From Burkholderiales bacterium (GTDB lineage: Bacteria; Pseudomonadota; Gammaproteobacteria; Burkholderiales; SG8-41), in the NCBI GenBank assembly GCA_026125585.1, contig JAHCLD010000001.1:1433-65432 (forward strand): a stretch of DNA of 64,000 bases, read 5' to 3'. Under the pieces are notes generated by a model that did not search any database, was not told the DNA's origin, and saw only the letters and a list, made by a program, of their open reading frames with translations. How positions within the stretch are numbered: the stretch's first letter is position 1; each line of letters begins with the position of its first letter. Shown one piece after another: positions 11,282 to 21,334 of the stretch. Made by a program: the position numbers and the translations under genes.

Positions 11282-11925
11282 TGCAGCAGTGTCCTGATGT
11301 GCCGGATCAGCCTTTCGCCGAGTTGCCGGCGGCTGTCGGTGATGCCGAGATCGCGGGTGCGGGTCACTTCCAGTCCCGGGTAGCCGCAGGGGTCGATCGC
11401 GCCGAAAGGTTCCAGCGCGACGTCCACGTTCAGCGCGAGGCCGTGGTAGCAGCAGCCGTTGCGGACGCGCAGTCCCAGCGCGGCGATCTTCGCCGTGCCG
11501 GTGTAGACGCCGGGCGCCTCGGCGCGGCCGTGGGCGGCGATGCCGTAATCGGCAAGCAGGTCGATCACGGCCTGTTCCATCCGCCGCACCAGCGGCCGCA
11601 CGCCGATGCCGCGGCGGCGCATGTCGAGCAGCAGGTAGGCGACCAGTTGTCCCGGTCCGTGGTAGGTGATCTGCCCGCCGCGGTCGACACGCACCACCGG
11701 AATGCCGTTATCGGTCCGCGGCCAGTGTTCGGGCCTGCCGGCGATGCCGGCGGTGTAGACCGGCGGATGCTCCAGCAGCCACAGTTCGTCCGGAGTGTCT
11801 GCGCCGCGGGTGGCGGTGAATTCGCGCATGCGCGCCCATGTCGGCACGTAAGGCACCAGTCCGAGCCGGCGCACGATCAGCGGAGCGGCGACGGATGGCT
11901 GCGGTGCTGCGGCAGGAAGGGACAC
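11278..11925 (-). CDS. lipB: lipoyl(octanoyl) transferase
   Basis: 215 aa. [15 protein letters not shown] motif. 4-nt overlap with lipA. Confidence 0.9.
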   Translation of the reverse strand: MSLPAAAPQPSVAAPLIVRRLGLVPYVPTWARMREFTATRGADTPDELWLLEHPPVYTAGIAGRPEHWPRTDNGIPVVRVDRGGQITYHGPGQLVAYLLLDMRRRGIGVRPLVRRMEQAVIDLLADYGIAAHGRAEAPGVYTGTAKIAALGLRVRNGCCYHGLALNVDVALEPFGAIDPCGYPGLEVTRTRDLGITDSRRQLGERLIRHIRTLLQ

Positions 11926-12019
11926 CGGAAGAACCCTGTGGAGATGGATGCGGGATCCGCGGGGACCCGTGCATTGATGGGATAATCAGGCCGCATTATA
12001 GGATGATCGGGAGAACACG

Positions 12020-12514
12020 GTGCGGATTCACACTCTGGCGGCAGGGGTTATTGGCATGATGCTCGGCGTTGCCGGCACGGCGCCGGCCGCCGAAGGCGGC
12101 AGCGATTACGGCACCGCGCTGAGCCGGATTTATTTTGCCCATCAGCGCCTGCTGGCCTTGCGCGAGGCCTGCGACCGGGTCTTTCCGGCGCAGGCCAAGA
12201 CCACTGAAAAGGCCTATGCCGCCTGGCAATCCCGGCACGGGGCGCTGCTCAACGAACTCGAGGCGCGGTTGACCCTGATGATCCGCGGGGCTTCGAAGGA
12301 CGAGCGCGAATACATGCGCAATGTCGGCAAGTACGAAGGCAGCATCCTCGAGTACCGCACCGGCCAGCGCGAGGAGATCCTCGCCCAGCCCCGCGACGGC
12401 ATGGAGCAGGGCTGCGCCGACTTCCGCAATTACCTGACCGGCTCGGGTTCGGACTTCCACAGGGAATATGCGGAAGAGCTGCGTGAGCTGCGCAAGCGTA
12501 AACTGCCGAAATAG
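12020..12514 (+). CDS. hypothetical secreted protein
   Basis: GTG start. Signal-like N-terminus MRIHTLAAGVIGMMLGVAGTAPAAE. No recognisable family. Confidence 0.5.
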   Translation: MRIHTLAAGVIGMMLGVAGTAPAAEGGSDYGTALSRIYFAHQRLLALREACDRVFPAQAKTTEKAYAAWQSRHGALLNELEARLTLMIRGASKDEREYMRNVGKYEGSILEYRTGQREEILAQPRDGMEQGCADFRNYLTGSGSDFHREYAEELRELRKRKLPK

Positions 12515-12542
12515 GTAATGTAGGTACTGAGGAGCCCCCGGC

Positions 12543-13169
12543 ATGTCCGCGACCGACCGCACGCTGCCGGCCGTCTGCGCGCTCTGGGCGGTGGCGCTGG
12601 CGGCCTCCGGCATCGCGCCGTACGACCGGCTGACCTGGTTCATGGAAGTGCTGCCGGTATTGATCGCGGCGCCGCTGCTGGTGGCGACCCGCAAACGCCT
12701 GCCGCTGACCACGCTGGTCTACGTGCTGATCGCCGCGCACGGGTTGATCCTGATCTATGGCGGGGCCTACACCTATGCGCGCACACCGCTGGGATTCTGG
12801 CTGCAGGACCTGCTGGGCTTCACGCGCAACCCCTACGACCGCATCGGGCATCTCGCCCAGGGTTTCGTGCCGGCGATGGTCGCGCGCGAACTGCTGCTGC
12901 GGGTGTTCCGCATCGAAGGCCGGAAAATCCTGTTTTTTCTGGTGCTGTGCATCGCGCTGGCGATCAGCGCCTTCTACGAGCTGATCGAGTGGTGGGCGGC
13001 GCTGCTGGTCGGCGCCGAGGCCGACGAGTTCCTGGCCACCCAGGGCGACGTCTGGGACACGCAGTGGGACATGTTCCTCGCGCTGATCGGGGCGTTCGCG
13101 GCGCAGCTGCTGCTCGCGCGCCGGCACGACCGCCAGCTGGCGCGGATCGGCGGGACTACAGCACCATGA
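12543..13169 (+). CDS. inner-membrane protein, DUF2238/YjdF-like
   Basis: 208 aa, multiple TM helices. YELIEWW and GDVWDTQWDM motifs recalled from the YjdF family. Confidence 0.6.
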   Translation: MSATDRTLPAVCALWAVALAASGIAPYDRLTWFMEVLPVLIAAPLLVATRKRLPLTTLVYVLIAAHGLILIYGGAYTYARTPLGFWLQDLLGFTRNPYDRIGHLAQGFVPAMVARELLLRVFRIEGRKILFFLVLCIALAISAFYELIEWWAALLVGAEADEFLATQGDVWDTQWDMFLALIGAFAAQLLLARRHDRQLARIGGTTAP

Positions 13170-13437
13170 CCACCATCGGGTGGTCGCACAGTTCCTGATA
13201 CAGCGCGTCGAGCTGTTCGCGCGAGGTCGCCCGGATCACGCAGGTCACGCTGAGGTACTTGCCCTTCTTGCTGGTCTTCATCGTCAGCGAGGCGTCGTCG
13301 AAGTCCGGCGCGTGTTTCTTGACCACGGCAAGGATCGCCTGGGCGAAGCCGGGCTGCGTGTGGCCGAGGATTTTCAGCGGAAAGTCGCTGGGGTATTCGA
13401 TCAGCGACGGTTCGGGCGTGCCCGGCGCGGCGGTCAC
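13156..13437 (-). CDS. YbeD/DUF493-family small protein
   Basis: C-terminal part of ORF 13156..14085. GTG start overlaps the dat stop (GTGA). Sequence IEYPSDFPLKILG...SKKGKYLSVT is typical of YbeD, and a location near lipB is usual. Confidence 0.7.
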   Translation of the reverse strand: MTAAPGTPEPSLIEYPSDFPLKILGHTQPGFAQAILAVVKKHAPDFDDASLTMKTSKKGKYLSVTCVIRATSREQLDALYQELCDHPMVVMVL

Positions 13438-14294
13438 GCCGCTTTTCTCATGTGATCCCGCTTGAACTGCTGGTACAGCGCGTGCATGCGCCGGAACAGC
13501 GGGCCGGGCCTGCCGTCGCCCACCGGTTTGCCGTCGAGCGTCGTCACCGCCAGCACTTCCTTGGTCGACGAGGTGACCCAGATTTCGTCGGCGCCGCGCA
13601 CTTCGGCTTCGGTCACGGCGCGCACCTCGACCTGGAATTCGCGGGCGCGGGCGATTTCGAGCACCACGTCGTAGGTGATGCCGGGCAGCACCAGGTTGTC
13701 CTTGGGGGGCGTCAGCAGCACGCCGTCGCGGACGATGAAGACGTTGCTGGCCGAGGCCTCGGTCAGCCTGCCGTCGCGGAACAGGATGGTTTCGGCGGCG
13801 CCGGCATCGACGGACAGCTGGCGCAGCAGGCAGTTGCCGAGCAGGGACACCGACTTGATGTCGCAGTTCAGCCAGCGGTAATCCTGCGCGGTGATGCAGG
13901 CGACGCCGGATTCGACCAGCGCCGGGGCGGGGGTCACCAGCGGGCTGCTCATCATGAACACGGTCGGCTGGACGTCCTTCGGAAACGCGTGGTCGCGCCT
14001 GGCGACGCCGCGGGTGACCTGCAGGTAGACCGACTGGTCCTCGCCGGCATTGCGCCGGATGATTTCGCCGATCAGCCGCGCCCACTCGGCGTCGCTGCAG
14101 GGGTTGTCGATGCGGATCTTGTCGAGGCTGTATTGCAGCCGCCGCAGGTGCTCGGCCAGCCGGAACGGATGCTTCGAATAGACCGGGATGACTTCGTACA
14201 CCCCGTCGCCGAAGATGAAGCCGCGGTCGAGCACCGGCACGTGGGCCTCCTCGACCGGCATGAATTTTCCGTTCAGATAGACGATATCGCTCAT
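13434..14294 (-). CDS. class IV aminotransferase (D-amino-acid / branched-chain type)
   Basis: ORF trimmed to MSDIVYLNGKFMPVEEAHVPVLDRGFIFGDGVYEVIP. Fold-type IV PLP enzyme signature. Confidence 0.8.
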   Translation of the reverse strand: MSDIVYLNGKFMPVEEAHVPVLDRGFIFGDGVYEVIPVYSKHPFRLAEHLRRLQYSLDKIRIDNPCSDAEWARLIGEIIRRNAGEDQSVYLQVTRGVARRDHAFPKDVQPTVFMMSSPLVTPAPALVESGVACITAQDYRWLNCDIKSVSLLGNCLLRQLSVDAGAAETILFRDGRLTEASASNVFIVRDGVLLTPPKDNLVLPGITYDVVLEIARAREFQVEVRAVTEAEVRGADEIWVTSSTKEVLAVTTLDGKPVGDGRPGPLFRRMHALYQQFKRDHMRKAA

Positions 14295-14347
14295 GGTTCT
14301 GGTTTTTTCCGTCCGGGGATGAGGGTGACAGTCTGCCTCGTGCCGGC

Positions 14348-15475
14348 CTATTTGAACAGCAGCTGCAGGCTGTCCCAGGCGCGGCCGAAAATGCCGGCGA
14401 CCGGCACGCTTTCGAGGGCCACCACCGGCAGCTCGGCGTGGGGTTTGCCGTCGATCTCGATTTTCAGCGTGCCCACGCGCTGGCCGGGATTCACCGGCGC
14501 CAGCAGCGGCTGCAGGCTCTCGACGACCGCCTTCACCTTGTCGCCCTGGCCCTTGGGCACGGCGACGTAGAGGTCGCCGGTGAAGCCCGCCTTCAGCGTG
14601 CTCGACGCGCCCTTCCACACCCGCAGGCTGGTGACCGGCTGGTTGGCGGCATAAAGCTTCACGCTGTCATAGAACTGGAAGCCCCAGTTCAGCAGTTTCT
14701 GGCTTTCGGTGGCCCTTGCCGATTCCGACGCGGTGCCGAGCACCACGGACACCAGCCGCCGCTCGCCGCGGCGCGCCGAGGTAACCAGGCAGTAGCCGGC
14801 GTTTTCGGTGTAGCCGGTCTTGACGCCGTCGACCGTCGGATCCAGCCACAGCAGCCGGTTGCGGTTGGCCTGGCTGATGTTGTTGTAGCGGTATTCCTTC
14901 TGCGAATACAGCGGATAGTGTTCCGGATAGTCGCGGATCAGCGCGACCACCAGCTTCGCGAGGTCTTCGGCCGAGGAATGGAGTTGCGGCGTGGTCAGCC
15001 CGGTGGAGTTGGTGAAATTCGTGTTGGCGAGGCCGAGCCGCTTCGCCTCGCGGTTCATCATCTGCGCGAACACTTCCTCGCTGCCGGCGACCGCTTCCGC
15101 GAGCGCGACGCTGGCGTCGTTGCCCGACTGGATGATCATGCCGCGCAGCAGCTCGTCGACGGTGACCGGTTTGTTCGGCTCGATGAACATGCGCGAGCCT
15201 TCGGCCTTCCAGGCGCGGGTCGACACGGGCACCACCTGTTCGGGCTTCAGCGATTTCTGCTTCAGCGCGCCGAACACGATGTAGGCAGTCATCAGCTTGG
15301 TCAGCGAGGCGGGCTCGAAGCGGTCGTTGGCGTTGCGGCTGGCAAGGACCTGTCCGCTGTTGACGTCGAACAGCAGCCAGGCACGGGCTTCGACGGCCGG
15401 CGCGGGCGGCTGGACCTGCGCCCATGATTGCAGTGTGAAGAGACCCAGCAGTGCGGCGAGGAATAAACGTTTCAT
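14348..15475 (-). CDS. dacC: D-alanyl-D-alanine carboxypeptidase (PBP5/6 class)
   Basis: Signal peptide MKRLFLAALLGLFTLQSWA. SxxK (ASLTKLMT), SGN (QSGNDA) and KTG (VKTGYT) motifs. Confidence 0.9.
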   Translation of the reverse strand: MKRLFLAALLGLFTLQSWAQVQPPAPAVEARAWLLFDVNSGQVLASRNANDRFEPASLTKLMTAYIVFGALKQKSLKPEQVVPVSTRAWKAEGSRMFIEPNKPVTVDELLRGMIIQSGNDASVALAEAVAGSEEVFAQMMNREAKRLGLANTNFTNSTGLTTPQLHSSAEDLAKLVVALIRDYPEHYPLYSQKEYRYNNISQANRNRLLWLDPTVDGVKTGYTENAGYCLVTSARRGERRLVSVVLGTASESARATESQKLLNWGFQFYDSVKLYAANQPVTSLRVWKGASSTLKAGFTGDLYVAVPKGQGDKVKAVVESLQPLLAPVNPGQRVGTLKIEIDGKPHAELPVVALESVPVAGIFGRAWDSLQLLFK

Positions 15476-15783
15476 GGGCGGAAAAAGCCTGATTATAAGT
15501 CGGGAGTCATCGGTCGGGAGTGCGGGCGCACCCGGAAGCAGACCCCGTTGCGACGACGGAAGTTCCTTGCTGCCGGGGCGGCCGGAATCGCGGCGGCGGA
15601 CTGTTGCGGGCGGACATGCGCGCGGCCGGTTCGCGCGCCGGCCGCGTTCGCGGATCATCGGGCGTGCATGCCGTCGCGCAGCGCCGGCCCGCCGCCGCAG
15701 CGCGCCGTGTTCTCGACGGCGGCAGGTAACCGCCCCGTGCTTCGATGCCTGCCGGCCTGGGCATGCGATCTCCCGCTAAAATT

Positions 15784-15820
15784 AAAAATATTGTTTAAAA
15801 ACAAATACTTATAATTCTCC
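15784..15820 (+). repeat. AT-rich box copy B
   Basis: aaaaatattgtttaaaaacaaatacttataattctcc, immediately upstream of the hsp20 sigma-32-type promoter. Confidence 0.8.
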
Positions 15821-15839
15821 TTTCGATGTGGCGCGCACT

Positions 15840-15868
15840 CTTGAAAACCATGCCGGGACACCCATATT
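15840..15868 (+). promoter_or_regulatory. sigma-32 (RpoH)-type heat-shock promoter
   Basis: CTTGAAA - 14 nt - CCCATATT matches the CTTGAAA-N13-15-CCCCATNT consensus. It lies 49 nt upstream of the hsp20 ATG. Confidence 0.65.
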
Positions 15869-15916
15869 CGAACCATCGGCGCAGCGTGCGCCGCAACGCA
15901 TTCAAGGAGATTGATC

Positions 15917-16345
15917 ATGGTCAATGTTACCCGTTTCACCCCGTTTGACGATTCGTTCGACGAGCTGCTGCGCGGTTTTTTCGTGCGCCCGATGGCTTTT
16001 GAAGGCGCGCCGCAGGCCGCGCAGGCGATCCGCGTCGATGTGCGCGAGAGCGAAAACGATTATGTCGTGCACGCCGAGATTCCCGGCGTGAAAAAGGAAG
16101 ACATCCACGTCACCATCGACGCCGAGCAGATCGCGATCAGCGCGGAGACGCGCAACGAACGCGAAATCAAGGAAGGCGAGCGCGTGCTGCGCGCCGAGCG
16201 CCACTACGGCAAGGTCTATCGCGCCTTCACGCTGGGCACCCCGGTGGATGAAGAGAAGGCGACCGCGAAATATTCGGACGGCGTGCTGGAGCTGACGCTG
16301 CCGAAAAAGGTGGCGGTCACCGCGAAACGCCTGTCCATCAACTGA
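15917..16345 (+). CDS. ibpA: small heat-shock protein (Hsp20/alpha-crystallin family)
   Basis: ATG at 15917 preceded by AAGGAG. Alpha-crystallin domain (DVRESENDYVVHAEIPGVKKEDI ... YSDGVLELTLPK). Confidence 0.9.
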   Translation: MVNVTRFTPFDDSFDELLRGFFVRPMAFEGAPQAAQAIRVDVRESENDYVVHAEIPGVKKEDIHVTIDAEQIAISAETRNEREIKEGERVLRAERHYGKVYRAFTLGTPVDEEKATAKYSDGVLELTLPKKVAVTAKRLSIN

Positions 16346-17404
<1,059 letters not shown>

Positions 17405-17417
17405 TGCCCCGGGCGGA

Positions 17418-18071
17418 ATGCCGGTCATGACTGCCGCGGTCGCGTGGATCTTCGATCTCGACAACACCCTGCACGATGCATCGCCGCACATCTTTCCGCA
17501 CATCAACCGGGCGATGAACGCGTACCTGCAGCAGCACCTGCAGCTTGACGAGGCATCGGCCGGCGAACTGCGGCGCAGTTACTGGCGGCGCTATGGCGCG
17601 ACGCTGCTCGGCCTGATGCGCCACCACGGCACCGATCCGCGGCACTTCCTCTGGCACACCCACCAGTTTCCGGACCTGGAACGCATGGTCGTGGGCGAGC
17701 CGCGGCTGCGCCACGCGCTGCGCCGGCTGCCGGGACGCAAGTTCGTGTTTTCCAATGCACCGGTGCATTACGCGCGGGCGGTGCTGCGCGTGCTGGGCAT
17801 CGGCAGCCTGTTCGACGCGGTGTTTTCGATCGAACGGGTTGGGTTCCGCCCGAAACCGGATGCCTACGGATTCCTGAAGCTGTGCCGCGCGCATCACCTG
17901 CGGCCGCGGCGCTGTATCATGGTCGAGGACTCGCTGGAAAACCTGCGCACCGCCAAGAGGCTGGGCATGAAAACCGTCTGGGTATCGCGCGCCGAGCGCG
18001 TGCCCGGGTACGTCGACGTGCGGGTGCAGGACATGGCCGCACTTTCCAGTCACGCAGCACACCTGTACTGA
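17418..18071 (+). CDS. HAD-superfamily pyrimidine 5'-nucleotidase-like hydrolase
   Basis: FDLDNTLH motif I and a C-terminal VEDS motif. Confidence 0.7.
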   Translation: MPVMTAAVAWIFDLDNTLHDASPHIFPHINRAMNAYLQQHLQLDEASAGELRRSYWRRYGATLLGLMRHHGTDPRHFLWHTHQFPDLERMVVGEPRLRHALRRLPGRKFVFSNAPVHYARAVLRVLGIGSLFDAVFSIERVGFRPKPDAYGFLKLCRAHHLRPRRCIMVEDSLENLRTAKRLGMKTVWVSRAERVPGYVDVRVQDMAALSSHAAHLY

Positions 18072-18078
18072 GGAGCAC

Positions 18079-18663
18079 ATGGCACGCAGCGGCGAACGCA
18101 AGACCCAGATACTGCAGACCCTCGCGCAGATGCTCGAGGGGCCTTCGGCGGAGCGCATCACCACGGCGGCGCTGGCCGCCCGCATCGAGGTGTCGGAAGC
18201 GGCCCTGTACCGCCATTTCCGCGGCAAGGCGGACATGTTCGCCGGGCTGATCGACTTCGTCGAGCAGACGCTGTTTTCGCTGATCAACCGCATCACCAGC
18301 GAGGAGCAGAGCGGCCTGCGCCAGACCGAGGCGATCGTCTCCATGCTGCTCGGCTTCGCGCAGAAGAACCGCGGCATGACCCGGGTGCTGATCGGCGACG
18401 CGCTGGTGACCGAGGACGAGGCGCTGCAGGCGCGCATCAACCAGATCCACGACCGCATCGAGGCGGCGCTGAAGCAGGCGCTGCGCTTCGCGGTGACGCA
18501 GAATGAAGTCGCCGCGGACGCCGACCTCACCGCGCAGGCCAACGCGCTGATGAGTTTCGTTGCCGGGCGCTGGCACCAGTACGCGAAGAGCGGCTTCCGC
18601 CGCGATCCGGCGGAATACTGGCAGCGGCAGTGGAAGCAGCTGATGGAAGGCGTGCTCGCCTGA
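18079..18663 (+). CDS. slmA: TetR-family nucleoid occlusion factor SlmA-like
   Basis: RKTQILQTLAQMLE...ITTAALAARIEVSEAALYRHF HTH. Position after argB is typical. Confidence 0.7.
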   Translation: MARSGERKTQILQTLAQMLEGPSAERITTAALAARIEVSEAALYRHFRGKADMFAGLIDFVEQTLFSLINRITSEEQSGLRQTEAIVSMLLGFAQKNRGMTRVLIGDALVTEDEALQARINQIHDRIEAALKQALRFAVTQNEVAADADLTAQANALMSFVAGRWHQYAKSGFRRDPAEYWQRQWKQLMEGVLA

Positions 18664-18691
18664 TCACCCCATTCGAGACGAGGAGGACATC

Positions 18692-19030
18692 ATGTCCAAC
18701 ATGAGCGTGGAGCAGGTCGCAGAACTGGTGCTGGGCATTGCCCGCAGCCAGCTGGCGGTGATCGATTCGATCGAGAACTTCAAGGCGGGCTACAAGGCCA
18801 CGCATGTCAGGCCGATACTGGAGAGCGCATCGCGCATCCGTTCCAACCATCCGGAAACGCTGGCCGACTTTCCGGCGCGGGTGCTGCTGCAGATGCTCGG
18901 CCGCAATCCGCCCGACCGCGAGCGCCTGGCGCGCGAGCTGGAGCAGCTGGTGACGACGCGGCCTGCCGGTTCCGATCAGGGGGGTGTTCCCGATCCGGAC
19001 TCGCTGGACATGACCGGAAGCGGCAGCTGA
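18692..19030 (+). CDS. hypothetical protein
   Basis: 112 aa ORF with a strong GAGGAGG Shine-Dalgarno 6 nt upstream of the ATG. No family recognised. Confidence 0.5.
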   Translation: MSNMSVEQVAELVLGIARSQLAVIDSIENFKAGYKATHVRPILESASRIRSNHPETLADFPARVLLQMLGRNPPDRERLARELEQLVTTRPAGSDQGGVPDPDSLDMTGSGS

Positions 19031-19045
19031 CGTTTCCGGCGGGCG

Positions 19046-19795
19046 TCAGCGCCCGGCGCACACCGCGCAGCCGGCGTCCCGCCCGAGGCCGACCGTGCGC
19101 AGATCCATCGTCAGGGCGTCCAGCAGCAGCAGGCGGCCGGTCAGCGGCTCGCCGGTGCCGGCCAGCAGTTTCAGCGCTTCGGCGGCCTGCATCGCGCCGA
19201 TGATGCCGACCAGTGGCGCAAAGACACCCATCACCGCGCAGCGCATCTCCTCCGTTTCCCCGTCCTCGGGAAAGAGGCAGGCATAACAGGGCGAATCCGC
19301 CCGGCGCAGATCGAATACCGCCAGTTGTCCGTCGAAGCGGATGCCGGCGCCGGAGACCAGCGGCTTGCGCGCCCGCACGCAGGCGCGGTTGACAGCGTGG
19401 CGGGTGGCGAAACTGTCGCTGCCGTCGAGCACCACGTCCGCGGCATCGACCAGTGCCTGCAGCCGTTCCCCGGATACCCGCTCGGCGACGGCATTGACGC
19501 GGATGCCGGGATTCAGTTCGAGCAGGGTGGTGCGCGCCGAGTCGACCTTTTTTTCGCCGACCGCGGCTTCGCGGTGGACGATCTGGCGCTGCAGGTTGGT
19601 CAGGTCGACGCTGTCACCGTCGCAGATCGTCAGCGTGCCGACGCCGGCCGAGGCGAGGTACAGCGCCGCCGGCGAGCCGAGTCCGCCGGCGCCGATCAGC
19701 AATGCATGCGCGTCCAGCAGCCGTTGCTGGCCCTCGATGCCGATTTCCGGCAGCAGGATATGCCGGCTGTAGCGCAGCAGTTGATGATCATCCAT
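19046..19795 (-). CDS. moeB: ThiF/MoeB-family adenylyltransferase (molybdopterin-synthase adenylyltransferase-like)
   Basis: GAGGLGSP nucleotide loop, two CxxC pairs (CYACLF, CAVC). Confidence 0.85.
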   Translation of the reverse strand: MDDHQLLRYSRHILLPEIGIEGQQRLLDAHALLIGAGGLGSPAALYLASAGVGTLTICDGDSVDLTNLQRQIVHREAAVGEKKVDSARTTLLELNPGIRVNAVAERVSGERLQALVDAADVVLDGSDSFATRHAVNRACVRARKPLVSGAGIRFDGQLAVFDLRRADSPCYACLFPEDGETEEMRCAVMGVFAPLVGIIGAMQAAEALKLLAGTGEPLTGRLLLLDALTMDLRTVGLGRDAGCAVCAGR

Positions 19796-19830
19796 GGCGT
19801 CAATCTATCGCTGGCGGCGTCCTGAAACAA

Positions 19831-19855
19831 CAACGCCCGGCGCGGCCGGGCGTTG
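19831..19855 (-). terminator. GC-rich hairpin downstream of ctp (possible terminator)
   Basis: caacgcccggc-gcg-gccgggcgttg perfect 11-bp stem. The A-rich tract on the plus strand gives only a broken, T-rich (not continuous) tract 3' of the stem on the minus strand. Confidence 0.4.
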
Positions 19856-19872
19856 CGGAGGCCGGCGCAGGC

Positions 19873-21297
19873 TCAGTTGGCCTTGGCGACCGAACGGCTT
19901 TTGAGGAAGGCGACCGCCTGGTTCAGCTCGTAGTCGTTGGGCGAGACCACCTGGCCGGGTTCCGGACGCAGCGTTTTTTCGTCCACGTCCTTCGGCCGCG
20001 GTTCGGGCGTGAAGCCGTATTTCTGCGCCGACTTCGCCGCGGCTTCGGCCTTGTCGGCCGGTTTTTCGGCGGCGCCCTCGGTCAGGTGCTTGGTCAGGTC
20101 GGCTTCGCGCAGCTTCAGCGCGGCACGGTCCGTGGCCATGTCGTCGAGCGGAATGTCCGGCACGATGCCGCGGGCCTGGATCGAGCGCCCCTTCGGCGTG
20201 TAGTAACGCGCCGTGGTCAGCTTGATCGCGGTGTTGTTGCCCAGCGGCAGGATGGTCTGCACCGAGCCCTTGCCGAAGGTCTGCTGGCCCATGACGACCG
20301 CGCGCTCGTGGTCCTGCAGCGCGCCGGCCACGATTTCCGAGGCCGAGGCGGAGCCGCCGTTGACCAGCACCACCATCGGCACGGTCTTGGCTTCCGCCGG
20401 CAGGCGCTTCAGGAAGTCTTCCTTGTTGCGGCCGCGCAGATAGTGCTCGGGGCTGGCGTTGAGTTTCATCCTGGCATCTTCGGTGCGGCCGTCGGTGTAG
20501 ACCACCAGCGCGTTCTTCGGCAGGAAAGCCGCGGACACCGCCACCGCGCCGTTGAGCAGGCCGCCCGGATCGTTGCGCAGATCGAGAACCAGCCCCTTCA
20601 TCGGTCCCTGGTTTTCTTTGAACAGGCGCTCGACCGCGCGCGCCAGGGTGTCGCCGGTATGTTCCTGGAACTGGCTGACGCGCACGTAGGCGTAGCCCGG
20701 TTCCAGCAGCGTCGACTTGACGCTCTGGATCTTGATCACCGCCCGGGTCAGCGTGACGACGATGGGTTTCGCCTCGCCCTTGCGCACGATGGTCAGCACG
20801 ATCTGGGTGTTGGGCTTGCCGCGCATGCGTTTGACCGCGTCGTTGAGCGTCATGCCCTTGACCGAGGTGTCGTCGAGCTTGACGATCAGGTCGCCGGCCT
20901 TGAGGCCCGCGCGCGAGGCCGGCGTATCGTCGATCGGCGAGACCACGCGCACGAAACCGTCTTCCATGCCGACTTCGATGCCGAGGCCGCCGAACTCGCC
21001 CTGGGTGCCGACCTGCATTTCCCGGAAAGCCTCCTGGTCGAGATAGGCCGAGTGCGGGTCCAGGCCCGTCAGCATGCCGTTGATGGCCTCGGTGATCAGC
21101 TTTTTGTCCTCCACCGGTTCGACGTAGTCGCTTTTGACGCGGCCGAAGACCTCGGTGAACGCGCGCAACTCCTCGATCGGCAGCGGCAGCGCCGACGGCG
21201 CGCTGCGCTGGGCGACCGCCGAATAATTGAGGCTGATCGCGACGCCGATCAGCACGCCACAGATGACCAGACCTAACTGACTGAATTTGCTGCGCAT
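19873..21297 (-). CDS. ctpA: carboxy-terminal processing protease (S41)
   Basis: ORF trimmed to MRSKFSQLGLVICGVLIG. PDZ region and S41 motifs GGSASASEI and TFGKGSVQT. Confidence 0.9.
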   Translation of the reverse strand: MRSKFSQLGLVICGVLIGVAISLNYSAVAQRSAPSALPLPIEELRAFTEVFGRVKSDYVEPVEDKKLITEAINGMLTGLDPHSAYLDQEAFREMQVGTQGEFGGLGIEVGMEDGFVRVVSPIDDTPASRAGLKAGDLIVKLDDTSVKGMTLNDAVKRMRGKPNTQIVLTIVRKGEAKPIVVTLTRAVIKIQSVKSTLLEPGYAYVRVSQFQEHTGDTLARAVERLFKENQGPMKGLVLDLRNDPGGLLNGAVAVSAAFLPKNALVVYTDGRTEDARMKLNASPEHYLRGRNKEDFLKRLPAEAKTVPMVVLVNGGSASASEIVAGALQDHERAVVMGQQTFGKGSVQTILPLGNNTAIKLTTARYYTPKGRSIQARGIVPDIPLDDMATDRAALKLREADLTKHLTEGAAEKPADKAEAAAKSAQKYGFTPEPRPKDVDEKTLRPEPGQVVSPNDYELNQAVAFLKSRSVAKAN

Positions 21298-21334
21298 TTG
21301 CTGCTCCTGCCGCGCTTTGCGGCTGCTGTGATCA

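Noticed and set aside
15548-15814. 88-aa ORF whose N-terminus (MRRRKFLAAGAAGIAAA) looks like a twin-arginine signal peptide, in the dacC/hsp20 gap.
   Set aside because: TTG start without an RBS. The remainder is Arg/Ala/Pro/Cys-rich, typical of random GC-rich frames, and the 3' end simply runs through AT box B to its first stop. At most it is a decayed gene fragment, so I do not call it.
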